This document shows positions 47,334 to 55,084 of a stretch of 60,553 nt of DNA, piece by piece. The first letter of the stretch is position 1. Each line of letters begins with the position of its first letter. The translations under genes and the position numbers were made by a program. Source of the stretch: Flavobacteriales bacterium. Lineage in GTDB: Bacteria; Bacteroidota; Bacteroidia; Flavobacteriales_F; PHOS-HE28. Under the pieces are notes generated by a model. That model did not search any database. It saw nothing but the letters and a program-made list of their open reading frames with translations, and was not told where the DNA came from. The stretch lies in contig JAEUTB010000197.1 in the NCBI GenBank assembly GCA_016787995.1, forward strand, positions 1 to 60,553, given 5' to 3'.

Positions 47334-48146
47334 CTACCGCACCCGTCCACCTTGAAGCTTCTTCGTTACCAAGGGCGGCCGCCTATCGCGCAGGAACACC
47401 CATTTCTCCAGTGTGCTCTCTTCTGATGAGAACCGGTAACCATCGCCCGAATAGCCTTTGATGCCTTCCGGCTCCAGGATGCGGTGTTGAATGATGTACC
47501 GTGCCAAAGCACCACGCTGATTCTTCACATACGTCTGCAAGGGTTTATAGACCCCTCCTACTTTGTCCTTGAATTCCGGCGTGATCACCCTGGCCTTCAA
47601 CAGGTCGGGTTTCACAGCTCGGAAGTACTCGGTGCTCGCGCAGTTGATCACCACACTGGACTTGCTGGCTTTGAGGTCGGCATTCAACACCTCGGTGATA
47701 CGGTCGCCCCAGAACGAGTACAAGTTGCGGGCCTTGCCGATCCCGAACGGTGTGCCCATCATCAATCGGTAGTCCTGCATCAGGTCCAGCGGACGTAGCA
47801 CGCCGTAAAGGCCACTAAGGATGCGGAGGTGGTGCTGTGCGAACCGCAGATCATCGGGAGATAAGGACCGCGCTTCCAACCCCCTGTACACTTCACCATT
47901 GAACGTGAACACCGCCGGTCGGGCGTTCTTCGATGTGAATGGTGCGTTCCATCGGGTATAACGGTCGCGGTTGAGTTCGCCGAGCTTCTCACTTAGGTCC
48001 ATCATCTCGGCGAGTTTCTTCGCGCTCAGGGTCTTCAACTTTCCCACCAGGGTTTCCGCTTCCTTCAGCAAGGCTGGTTGGGTGGTCCCGGCCATGGTCG
48101 GTGTCTCTTGAGCCAGATCCTTAGCTGGCGATAACAGTATCAGCAT
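47334..48146 (-). CDS. yaaA: Peroxide stress protein YaaA (DUF328)
   Basis: MLILLSPAKDL ... FTFNGEVYRGL ... LRILSGLYGVLRPLD match the canonical YaaA motifs. Confidence 0.9.
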   Translation of the reverse strand: MLILLSPAKDLAQETPTMAGTTQPALLKEAETLVGKLKTLSAKKLAEMMDLSEKLGELNRDRYTRWNAPFTSKNARPAVFTFNGEVYRGLEARSLSPDDLRFAQHHLRILSGLYGVLRPLDLMQDYRLMMGTPFGIGKARNLYSFWGDRITEVLNADLKASKSSVVINCASTEYFRAVKPDLLKARVITPEFKDKVGGVYKPLQTYVKNQRGALARYIIQHRILEPEGIKGYSGDGYRFSSEESTLEKWVFLRDRRPPLVTKKLQGGRVR

Positions 48147-48228
48147 GGCCGAAAGGTATAAGCCTGCCTAACTGGGTACATCGGTTCCAAGCAGTTCCTA
48201 TCCAAGCAGTGGTGGACGTGTTGCACGC

Positions 48229-48747
48229 TTAGGCTGGGCTATTCCAATGCGGTCCATCACTCTTGAACACGGACACGAGCGCATCCATGCTATCGCACCA
48301 CCCGCCCACATGACTGTCGCGTGAAGCGACTGTGGCGAGACCGGTCTGCCGGAACTCCAACCGCGTGCGCGTGCCTTCTTCGTGTAGGTCCACGGTGACC
48401 AACGTGTGATGGTGGGCCGGGTTCACCGGCACCGGCGGCTTCTCCCACTGGTGCGTGAAGGCTAGGTGACCAATGGGCTTCACAGCGGTGTACGTGCCGT
48501 AGATCGGGATGTCTTCGCCGTCCGGGGTGCGCAACACCACGCGGTATTGACCGCCCTCGCGCACGTCGGCCTCGGCTTGCACCGTGTTGAACGCCGCGCA
48601 GCCGAACCAGTGTAGGAGCATCGCGGGGGTCGTCCAGGCTTTCCAAACCAGCTCGCGCGGCGCGTCGAACACCCGCGTGATGCGGATCTCGTCCGGAGCA
48701 GGTGTAACGACGTTGTTGCGGAGGTGTTGGGCGGTGATCGTCTCCAT
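48229..48747 (-). CDS. SRPBCC superfamily protein, AHSA1 (Aha1-like) type, paralogue 7
   Basis: IRITRVFDAPRELVWKAWTTPAMLLHWFG. ATG at 48747. Confidence 0.85.
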   Translation of the reverse strand: METITAQHLRNNVVTPAPDEIRITRVFDAPRELVWKAWTTPAMLLHWFGCAAFNTVQAEADVREGGQYRVVLRTPDGEDIPIYGTYTAVKPIGHLAFTHQWEKPPVPVNPAHHHTLVTVDLHEEGTRTRLEFRQTGLATVASRDSHVGGWCDSMDALVSVFKSDGPHWNSPA

Positions 48748-48793
48748 ACCCGCGAAGGTAGGATCAGACCACTCCAATTTCGTTGGCCTCGAT

Positions 48794-49855
48794 CTACAAC
48801 CCGAGGAACGTTCTGTAGCGACCGATCTCCTGGTTCACCGCTTTCTTCACGGGTGAACTCAAGGCTCCGAAGGGCGATACCAACACATCTCCTGCATTGG
48901 CCGGGCTATCCCAGGTGCCCGCCACGCGACCATCGATCACCATCATGTGGCGCAGGGATCCGGCAGTGCTTCTTGGAGCAGAGGCCACCGTGGAAGGATC
49001 ATGGATCAGCCGTCGATCCTTGAAACCGATGGCGTACTCATCGTAGTTCGGCAAGAGGCGCGCCGTGTGCTTCGGCAGCGGCACGGGTTCAGCCTCACGC
49101 GGCATCCGGTAGGCGCGGTCGTCGATCATCACTTCCGCGAATTCCTTGCCCAGTGCGGCCATCGCCTTCTTACCATCGCTCACTGTAAGTCCACTCCACC
49201 ATGCGAAGTCGTGCAGCGTAGCGGGGCCACGTGTGCGGAAGTAGCGGCGGGCGAGCTCGAGCAAGGCCTCCTCCTTGGCCATGGCCTTGGCTTTCGGTAC
49301 GCGCTCTTCGAGCAGCATGTAGGTGAATTGTTTGCCGTTGCGCGGCCCGCTGCACAAAAGTCCGGTCAGTTCGGCATCCATCAGCAGATGGATCAAGCGC
49401 ATCTCCGACACGTCGATCCGCGCGCGTTGCAAGGCGGTTGACAGGGCGGTGCGATCCAAGGCTCTTGCGCCGGTGAGTTCCCGCTCGAACACCTTGTTGG
49501 CTCTTCGAAAATGCACCGGTTCCAATCCGAGCTTGCGGTACATGGTGCCGTTGAAGCGCTGCACGCGATGGCCGGTGAGCAGCAACAGCCAGCGCAGATC
49601 CTCTGCAGCGACGAAGTGCCAGGTCGGGCGCAGCAGGTGTGTACGTATAAGTTCGCCGGTGTTGAAGGCAGATCCTACCTCCACGGCATTACTGCCTGTC
49701 CGCTGCCCCACGGCCCATAGCGCGCCGTAGAAATCCTGTGCTTGGACAGCGGCCAATTCACCCACGAGTTCCTGCGGCGTCCGCGCCGAATGCGCGATCA
49801 ACTGCTGAGCCTTGAGGCGAACTCCGAGGGCTTCGGATGCGGTCCACCGTTCCAT
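48794..49855 (-). CDS. YcaQ/AlkZ family winged-helix DNA glycosylase (interstrand-crosslink unhooking family)
   Basis: LAAVQAQDF near the N-terminus and LLRPTWHFV. The length and overall pattern fit the DUF1006/HTH_42 family. Confidence 0.82.
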   Translation of the reverse strand: MERWTASEALGVRLKAQQLIAHSARTPQELVGELAAVQAQDFYGALWAVGQRTGSNAVEVGSAFNTGELIRTHLLRPTWHFVAAEDLRWLLLLTGHRVQRFNGTMYRKLGLEPVHFRRANKVFERELTGARALDRTALSTALQRARIDVSEMRLIHLLMDAELTGLLCSGPRNGKQFTYMLLEERVPKAKAMAKEEALLELARRYFRTRGPATLHDFAWWSGLTVSDGKKAMAALGKEFAEVMIDDRAYRMPREAEPVPLPKHTARLLPNYDEYAIGFKDRRLIHDPSTVASAPRSTAGSLRHMMVIDGRVAGTWDSPANAGDVLVSPFGALSSPVKKAVNQEIGRYRTFLGL

Positions 49856-49865
49856 TGCCGAGCGC

Positions 49866-50243
49866 TCACCTGCTTTTCTCCACGATGCTCTGGAACCCGC
49901 CGAACGCCATGCGCTTGTGATCGAAGATGGGCGTCTTCATCTGCTCGCGGTACATCTTGTCCATGCGCGGATCGGCCATCACCTTCTTGTTCACTTGGTC
50001 GCGGTGCTTGCGGTTCTTGTACACGATGTAGGAGAACAGCACCGTTTCATCGGGCTTGCATTTCGCGGCCTTGTGGAACGGGTAGAACATGCCCTCGTGG
50101 TCCAGGTCATCGCCCACGCATTCCATGTACCGCAAGGCGCCGTGGTCCATCCAGACCTTGCTTGCGGCCGTTGCCAGCTTCTTGTAGCGCGCCAGGTTCT
50201 TCTTGGGAATGGCGATCATGAATCCGTCGATGTAGCTTGCCAT
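49866..50243 (-). CDS. DUF1428 family protein
   Basis: MASYIDGFMIAIPKKNLARYKKLA ... GALRYMEC is typical of DUF1428. Confidence 0.85.
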   Translation of the reverse strand: MASYIDGFMIAIPKKNLARYKKLATAASKVWMDHGALRYMECVGDDLDHEGMFYPFHKAAKCKPDETVLFSYIVYKNRKHRDQVNKKVMADPRMDKMYREQMKTPIFDHKRMAFGGFQSIVEKSR

Positions 50244-50256
50244 GTGAACGTGTGGG

Positions 50257-50784
50257 TTAGTGTTTCTCGGCTTGTGTTTTCAATCCGGCCAGACCGCTGT
50301 CGAAGTCTTTGCCGATCATCTTGTCCATGGAAATGAACAGGCCCATGAGCTTCCCCATGAAGAGGTTCGGCCCATCCATGGTCCAACGAACGGTGGTGGC
50401 CGGGCCCTGCGGCGTGAACTGGAAATGCGTGATGCACGCGTTCTTGAAGGGCCGCACGAAACGCAGGTCGATCTTCACCCCGTTGGTGCTGGCTTCCAGG
50501 ATCTCCATGGTGCCTTCACCAGCTTTGTTGTTCCCGCTCCATGCGTATTTGGCGCCTACGCCTTGCGCTGCGCCGAGGTAGTCGCGCTTCATGATCGGGT
50601 CCAGTTTCTCCCACGGGCTCCAAGGTTGCCACTTGTGGAAGTCGACGATGTGCGGCAGGATGCGCTCGGGCGGTGCGTTGATCACCGTGCTGCGCTCGTA
50701 GTGGACGGTATCCGGTTTCATGGACGCCACGATGAGGATGCCGGCGATGAGGACGGCAAGGCCGAGAAGGATATAGAGTAGCAT
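50257..50784 (-). CDS. Membrane-anchored SRPBCC (polyketide cyclase/START-like) protein
   Basis: N-terminal TM (LLYILLGLAVLIAGILIVA), then INAPPERILPHIVDFHKWQPWSPW. ATG at 50784. Confidence 0.8.
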   Translation of the reverse strand: MLLYILLGLAVLIAGILIVASMKPDTVHYERSTVINAPPERILPHIVDFHKWQPWSPWEKLDPIMKRDYLGAAQGVGAKYAWSGNNKAGEGTMEILEASTNGVKIDLRFVRPFKNACITHFQFTPQGPATTVRWTMDGPNLFMGKLMGLFISMDKMIGKDFDSGLAGLKTQAEKH

Positions 50785-50791
50785 GGTGCGT

Positions 50792-51169
50792 TCAGTTTGC
50801 GGGTTTGAGACGCTTGTGGTGAAGGACATACGCCCACACCAGGAAGGCAACGAACAGGAGCATGGGCGCCACCGAAGCGACCGGATCACCAACAGCGATG
50901 AAGGAGATGATGGCTGCGACCAGGTCGATGAAGAAACCGAAGTAGGCCCACTCTTTTACCCGGGCCGGTACCATGGGCAGCAGTATGGCGATGGCGCCGA
51001 CCACCTTGGCCCACGAGACCAGCTGAATGAAGTAGAGCGGGTACCCAAGGTGGTCGTGGAGCATGGCCACGGCTTCGGGCATCAGCGTGATGCCGCCGAA
51101 GGAGGAGAAGAGCATGAACGCGCTGAACAGCGCGGTGACGATCCAGTAGGTGATGTTGAGCTTTTTCAT
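50792..51169 (-). CDS. DoxX family membrane protein
   Basis: 125 aa with four TM segments, including YWIVTALFSAFMLFSSFGG and LVSWAKVVGAIAILLP. Confidence 0.8.
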   Translation of the reverse strand: MKKLNITYWIVTALFSAFMLFSSFGGITLMPEAVAMLHDHLGYPLYFIQLVSWAKVVGAIAILLPMVPARVKEWAYFGFFIDLVAAIISFIAVGDPVASVAPMLLFVAFLVWAYVLHHKRLKPAN

Positions 51170-51219
51170 GGGGTTTGAGGGCGTTCGTTGGGGGCGTCCA
51201 GTCGCGCGTTTGGTCGTTG

Positions 51220-51239
51220 GGGCCGATCATGATCGGCCC
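51220..51239. repeat. Perfect 20-bp palindrome gggccgatca|tgatcggccc spanning a stop codon
   Basis: Read directly. It contains two GATC sites and overlaps the TGA of the SRPBCC gene at 51227. Confidence 0.9.
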
Positions 51240-51658
51240 GTACAAAGTGCTTTCAGTTTGTCCATGTTCTCCTCGTTCGCCTTGGAGATGAATTCCCGGA
51301 TGGGCGCGAGTTCTTCTGCGGAGTCGAACCGCATGATCCAATCGATGCGGGTTCCTTCTGGCTCCTCGGTGAACGTGATCATGGCCTTGTAGAAGTGCAA
51401 TTCTTTCAGGTGGTCGAATTCCAGGTAGCCCTGCGGTTCGATGCGTTTGAAGACGCAGGTGTTGTGGAAGTCGCCCGGTGGCCCGTGCATGGTGAACTCC
51501 CAGATGCCCTCGGGTTCCAGCTCGAAGCGATGGAAGGTGTTGGTGAAGCCGTGTGGTCCCCACCAGCGCGCGAGTTGCTCGGGATCGGTCCAGGCGGCGA
51601 AGACGCTCTCGCGGTCGGCGTTGATCACTCGGGTTGTATGTACTTCCCGGTCGGTCAT
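51227..51658 (-). CDS. SRPBCC superfamily protein, AHSA1 type, paralogue 5
   Basis: TTRVINADRESVFAAWTDPEQLARWWGPHGF. ATG at 51658 overlaps the upstream stop (ATGA). Confidence 0.85.
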   Translation of the reverse strand: MTDREVHTTRVINADRESVFAAWTDPEQLARWWGPHGFTNTFHRFELEPEGIWEFTMHGPPGDFHNTCVFKRIEPQGYLEFDHLKELHFYKAMITFTEEPEGTRIDWIMRFDSAEELAPIREFISKANEENMDKLKALCTGRS

Positions 51659-52374
51659 TTCTTCTTCGCGGCTTTCTTGGCCGCCTTCTTGGTTGCGGTC
51701 TTCTTTGGCTTCGCGGGCCATCGCACCTCGATCTCCGCCATCTTCATCTTCACGATGTCCTTGACCAACGCGGCGGGCAACGGCTTCTCCGGCGTGAACT
51801 GGATGGTGCCCTTGCTCACGGCGAAGTCCTTCAGTCGGTCCTTGAATCCGACTGGCACTGAGCCGTAGAGCGCGACGTGGTTCTTCGCCGTGCCCAAATA
51901 CAGCATCGGATGATCATTGTACTTGAATCCGGGAAGACCATAGCCGAAGTGCTCCGTGCAACCCGGCGCAGTCGCGAGGATCTGCTTGCGCAAGGTCTGC
52001 AACGCCTTTTGCTGAGAGGCCGGCAGTTGCGCCAGGTAGTCGTCCGTGTTCGTCGGCTTTTTGGGAAGGTCGCGCATGGTCTTGGTCGTGCGTTGTTTGA
52101 GTTGAAGTCCAGCATGTGAGAGTTCGTTCCGCAGGATCGGCAAGCTGGCCGGGCCGAAACCGTGGAGGGCCAGCAGTTCCTTTTCCTTGTGATCCGAAAG
52201 TTCGCCGAGCGTGCGGATACCCGCGCCTTCCAAGGCCCGTCGAGCCGGTGCGCTCAGCTTGGCCATCCAGCCACCTTGCGGAGCCTTCATCGCCTCGCAT
52301 TGCGGACAGGTCGGACAGTCGCTAGATTTCACGAAGCGATGACCGTTGGAACAGGTGCGCTCGGACTTCATCAT
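51655..52374 (-). CDS. Fusion protein: Cys4 zinc-ribbon + helix-hairpin-helix (RNAP alpha-CTD-like) + DUF1801
   Basis: CSNGH...CPTCPQC, then LSAPARRALEGAGIRTLGELSDHKEKELLALHGFGP, then a DUF1801 core (HFGYGLPGFKYNDHPMLYLGTAKNHVALYG). Confidence 0.78.
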   Translation of the reverse strand: MMKSERTCSNGHRFVKSSDCPTCPQCEAMKAPQGGWMAKLSAPARRALEGAGIRTLGELSDHKEKELLALHGFGPASLPILRNELSHAGLQLKQRTTKTMRDLPKKPTNTDDYLAQLPASQQKALQTLRKQILATAPGCTEHFGYGLPGFKYNDHPMLYLGTAKNHVALYGSVPVGFKDRLKDFAVSKGTIQFTPEKPLPAALVKDIVKMKMAEIEVRWPAKPKKTATKKAAKKAAKKK

Positions 52375-52378
52375 CTGA

Positions 52379-52405
52379 TCATCTCATTATCTGATCAACT
52401 GATCA
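52379..52405. repeat. GATC-rich repeat copy A
   Basis: The sequence is tcatctcattatctgatcaactgatca. It matches copy B at 26 of 27 positions and lies between the VOC stop and the DUF1801-fusion start. Confidence 0.9.
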
Positions 52406-52813
52406 CCCTTGCACTGCCTTCTGATCCATCCAGAACACTTCCCAGATGTGGCCGTCGAGGTCGTTGAAACTGCGGCTGTACATGAAGCCGTGGTCGTCCG
52501 CTGGGCGGCATTCGGTTGCTCCGCCCGCGATCGCCTTATTGTAGGCGGCTTCCACCGCATCGCGACTGTCCACGGAGAAGGCCAGCAGCACCTCCGTGTG
52601 CTTGGTGGCATCCGCGGCCGCCTTGCTCGGCGGCAGGAAGCGCTTGATGCTCGTGGGCGTGTGCAGCATGCAGTAGATGGTGTCGCTGATCACCAGGCAC
52701 GCGGCATCGTCGTTGGTGAACTGCATGTTGAAGGTCCAGCCGAGCTGTTGGAAAAAGCTCATGCTGCGTTTCAGGTCGCTCACGACCATGTTGATGAAGA
52801 TCTGGGTAGGCAT
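52403..52813 (-). CDS. VOC (glyoxalase/bleomycin-resistance/dioxygenase) family protein
   Basis: FINMVVSDLKRSMSFFQQLGW ... DLDGHIWEVFW. Confidence 0.85.
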   Translation of the reverse strand: MPTQIFINMVVSDLKRSMSFFQQLGWTFNMQFTNDDAACLVISDTIYCMLHTPTSIKRFLPPSKAAADATKHTEVLLAFSVDSRDAVEAAYNKAIAGGATECRPADDHGFMYSRSFNDLDGHIWEVFWMDQKAVQG

Positions 52814-52840
52814 GGGTAGTTGGATGTTCGTTGTGGGTTG

Positions 52841-53293
52841 TTAGTCGGCGCCGATGTTCTCCGCCAATCCGATCAGCAGTCCCTCGCAGCCGCGGATGTA
52901 GCAGAGCCGGTAGGTGTTCTCGTACTGCATGATCTCACCAACGAGCTCGGCGCCGTGCTCCTGTAGTTTGGCCACCATGCCATCGAGGTTCTCCACGTTG
53001 AACATGATGCGCATGTAGCCGAGCGCGTTCACCGGTGCCGCGCGGTGGTCAGCGATGACGGCCGGCTTGTGGTATTGGCAGATCTCCAAGCGGCTGTGGC
53101 CATCCGGCGTCACCATCATCGCGATCTCCACCGATTGGTCACCGAGTCCGGTCACACGGCCGGCCCATTCGCCTTCGACCATCCCGCGGCCTTCCAGTTT
53201 CAACCCGAGCACGGAGAAGAAGCTGATGGCGGCGTCGAGCGACTCGACGACGATGCCCATGTTGTGCATGTAACGGAGCTTGGGACTTGCCAT
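52841..53293 (-). CDS. VOC family protein
   Basis: HNMGIVVESLDAAISFFSVLGLKLEG ... IEICQY ... GLLIGLAE. ATG at 53293. Confidence 0.85.
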   Translation of the reverse strand: MASPKLRYMHNMGIVVESLDAAISFFSVLGLKLEGRGMVEGEWAGRVTGLGDQSVEIAMMVTPDGHSRLEICQYHKPAVIADHRAAPVNALGYMRIMFNVENLDGMVAKLQEHGAELVGEIMQYENTYRLCYIRGCEGLLIGLAENIGAD

Positions 53294-53301
53294 GGTTCGG
53301 A

Positions 53302-53772
53302 TCAAGTGTGTTGGGTAGCAATGAACAGGAGAAGGCGGTCCAAGCACTCGTTCCAACCGACGCTGTGCTCCTCGCAATGTGGCACGGTGGCGAACGTGGT
53401 TTGATTGAGTGTCAGCACGGTGGAAGCGCCGCGTTCTTCCAGGGTGATGGCCACCACGGTATCACACCAGATGTCGCCATCGTTGTCCTCGCGTAGCCAG
53501 GTGAAGACCAGTCGTGCCGGCGCATCGATGTGCGTGTACTCGCCGCGCACCCAATGGTCACTGCCATCGGGCGCTCGCATGCAGAAGCGGTATTTGCCGC
53601 CCACGCGGAAGTCCTGCTCGCAATGGGGAAGGGTGAAATCCGTCGGGCCCCACCATCGCACCAGATGCTTCGGGTGCGTCCACGCCTCGAATACGCGCTC
53701 ACGCGGTGCGTTCAGGGTGCGTGTTAGCACCAGTGTGCGTTGGTCGATGTCGGGTGCGATCTCCATGGTCAT
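53302..53772 (-). CDS. SRPBCC superfamily protein, AHSA1 type, paralogue 4
   Basis: LVLTRTLNAPRERVFEAWTHPKHLVRWWGPTDF. ATGA overlap with the upstream gene. Confidence 0.85.
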   Translation of the reverse strand: MTMEIAPDIDQRTLVLTRTLNAPRERVFEAWTHPKHLVRWWGPTDFTLPHCEQDFRVGGKYRFCMRAPDGSDHWVRGEYTHIDAPARLVFTWLREDNDGDIWCDTVVAITLEERGASTVLTLNQTTFATVPHCEEHSVGWNECLDRLLLFIATQHT

Positions 53773-54497
53773 TTCTTTTTAGCAGCGCGCTTCGCATCGC
53801 GTTTCCTGGTGCGCTCCGCGATCATGGGACGCTGGATATCGCGCAGCACATCCTTGCCAACCCAGCGCTCGGTCTTGTCAGTGCTGGCGGCCAGGCGCTC
53901 AGCGACGTCCAGAGCGGCTTCACGACAGGCCACGCTGCGCGATCCCATGCTGCGTAGAGCCCAGCTCACAGCCTTCTTCACGAAGTTGCGCTCGTCGTTC
54001 GCCGCCTTCTCGCAGAGCGGGAGCAGGGCGAGGTAGGGCCCATCAGGACCGTTCTTGTCATGCAAGGCCAGTCCCGCGAGCAAAGCGAACGCTGCACGTT
54101 TCTCGAACTCCGGCTTCCGCTTGGCCCACTGCTTCACCTTGGCGATGGCGTGCGGGGTTTTGTCGAAGAGCAGGAAGCACGCCGTGTCGCAATCGGCCCA
54201 ATTCCGGAAGTCGGCGCACCAGGCATCCATTTGGGCGGGCGTCACCTGCTTGGGATCGGCGATGTGCGTGGCCAAGGCTTTTGCTTCGTGCCAACCTGTG
54301 GCCCACAGCAGCGTGGCCAATTCGTGGTCCTTGCCGATGGTCTTAGCCAGTTTCTGCACGTCCGGCATCGACGTACCGAAGGCTAGGTCGGTGTGGATCG
54401 CGAAACGCGCCGACAACTGGTCACGGTATCGCTTCGTACCGTGCGCCTCCAGCCACTGGAGCGCCGCCTTCAAATCCGCATCACGCTTCTTCGCCAT
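53769..54497 (-). CDS. DNA alkylation repair protein (AlkD/AlkC-like HEAT-repeat family)
   Basis: LWATGWHEAKALA ... NFVKKAVSWALRSMG matches the pattern of the DNA_alkylation family. Confidence 0.82.
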   Translation of the reverse strand: MAKKRDADLKAALQWLEAHGTKRYRDQLSARFAIHTDLAFGTSMPDVQKLAKTIGKDHELATLLWATGWHEAKALATHIADPKQVTPAQMDAWCADFRNWADCDTACFLLFDKTPHAIAKVKQWAKRKPEFEKRAAFALLAGLALHDKNGPDGPYLALLPLCEKAANDERNFVKKAVSWALRSMGSRSVACREAALDVAERLAASTDKTERWVGKDVLRDIQRPMIAERTRKRDAKRAAKKK

Positions 54498-54501
54498 CGG
54501 T

Positions 54502-54536
54502 TCATCTCATTATCTGATCGACTGATCATCTGATCC
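54502..54536. repeat. GATC-rich repeat copy B
   Basis: The sequence is tcatctcattatctgatcgactgatcatctgatcc, with three CTGATC units. It lies between the GyrI-like stop and the alkD-like start. Confidence 0.9.
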
Positions 54537-54998
54537 TTACCCCACGATCCAGTTCAGTTCCGTCTTGTAGTCCTTCGGATCCTTCACCTCGTCCGGGTTG
54601 GTGAGATAGGCCTCCCAGAACTTGCCGTTCTCGCCGTGGCCATTCTCGCGCACCCATTTCTGCAAGGCGGGCCACGCTTGCGCCAGACCTTCGTAGGGAC
54701 CCGTGTACACGCTTCGTACGACATTGACTGCGGGCAGCTTGCTGTTGATCACGCGCCCTTCCTCCTTGATCGCTTTCGATACCGGGAATCCGATCTCGAA
54801 ATCGAAGGTGTCGCTCGGACGGCGATGGTGGTAGGAGAACATCGGACCGGCGATCTGGATGCCCTGACCGGTGAGTGTCTTGATGATCTCCTGGATCGCG
54901 GGATCCATGTATTTGGGCATGTCGCGGCCGGGGATCACGAGCGGGATCGCAGCGGTGATGACCTCCTTGGTGGTGATGACTTCGGGTGTGCTGATCAT
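54537..54998 (-). CDS. GyrI-like small-molecule-binding domain protein
   Basis: The pattern of a duplicated beta-alpha-beta-beta module (FEIGFPV ... VYTGPYEGLAQAW ... WEAYL) fits the GyrI-like/SbmC fold. Confidence 0.82.
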   Translation of the reverse strand: MISTPEVITTKEVITAAIPLVIPGRDMPKYMDPAIQEIIKTLTGQGIQIAGPMFSYHHRRPSDTFDFEIGFPVSKAIKEEGRVINSKLPAVNVVRSVYTGPYEGLAQAWPALQKWVRENGHGENGKFWEAYLTNPDEVKDPKDYKTELNWIVG

Positions 54999-55019
54999 GG
55001 TTGAGGAATTAGAGGATGA

Positions 55020-55084
55020 GATGATCAGTAGATCAGATGATGCACAGCATTCTCTGATCCTCTGATCATCTAATTATCTGATCG
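55020..55084. repeat. GATC-rich repeat copy C, including an 18-bp-arm hairpin
   Basis: The arms gatgatcagtagatcaga (55020..55037) and tctgatcctctgatcatc (55053..55070) pair at 16 of 18 positions. The core tcatctaattatctgatcg (55066..55084) matches copy B at 18 of 19. Confidence 0.9.

Noticed and set aside
52375-55084. GATC-rich repeats as a CRISPR array or MITE
   Set aside because: There are only three copies, about 2 kb and 0.5 kb apart and separated by genes rather than by uniform spacers. No terminal inverted repeats with target-site duplications were seen, and no cas or transposase genes. I kept the observation as a short repeat family instead.
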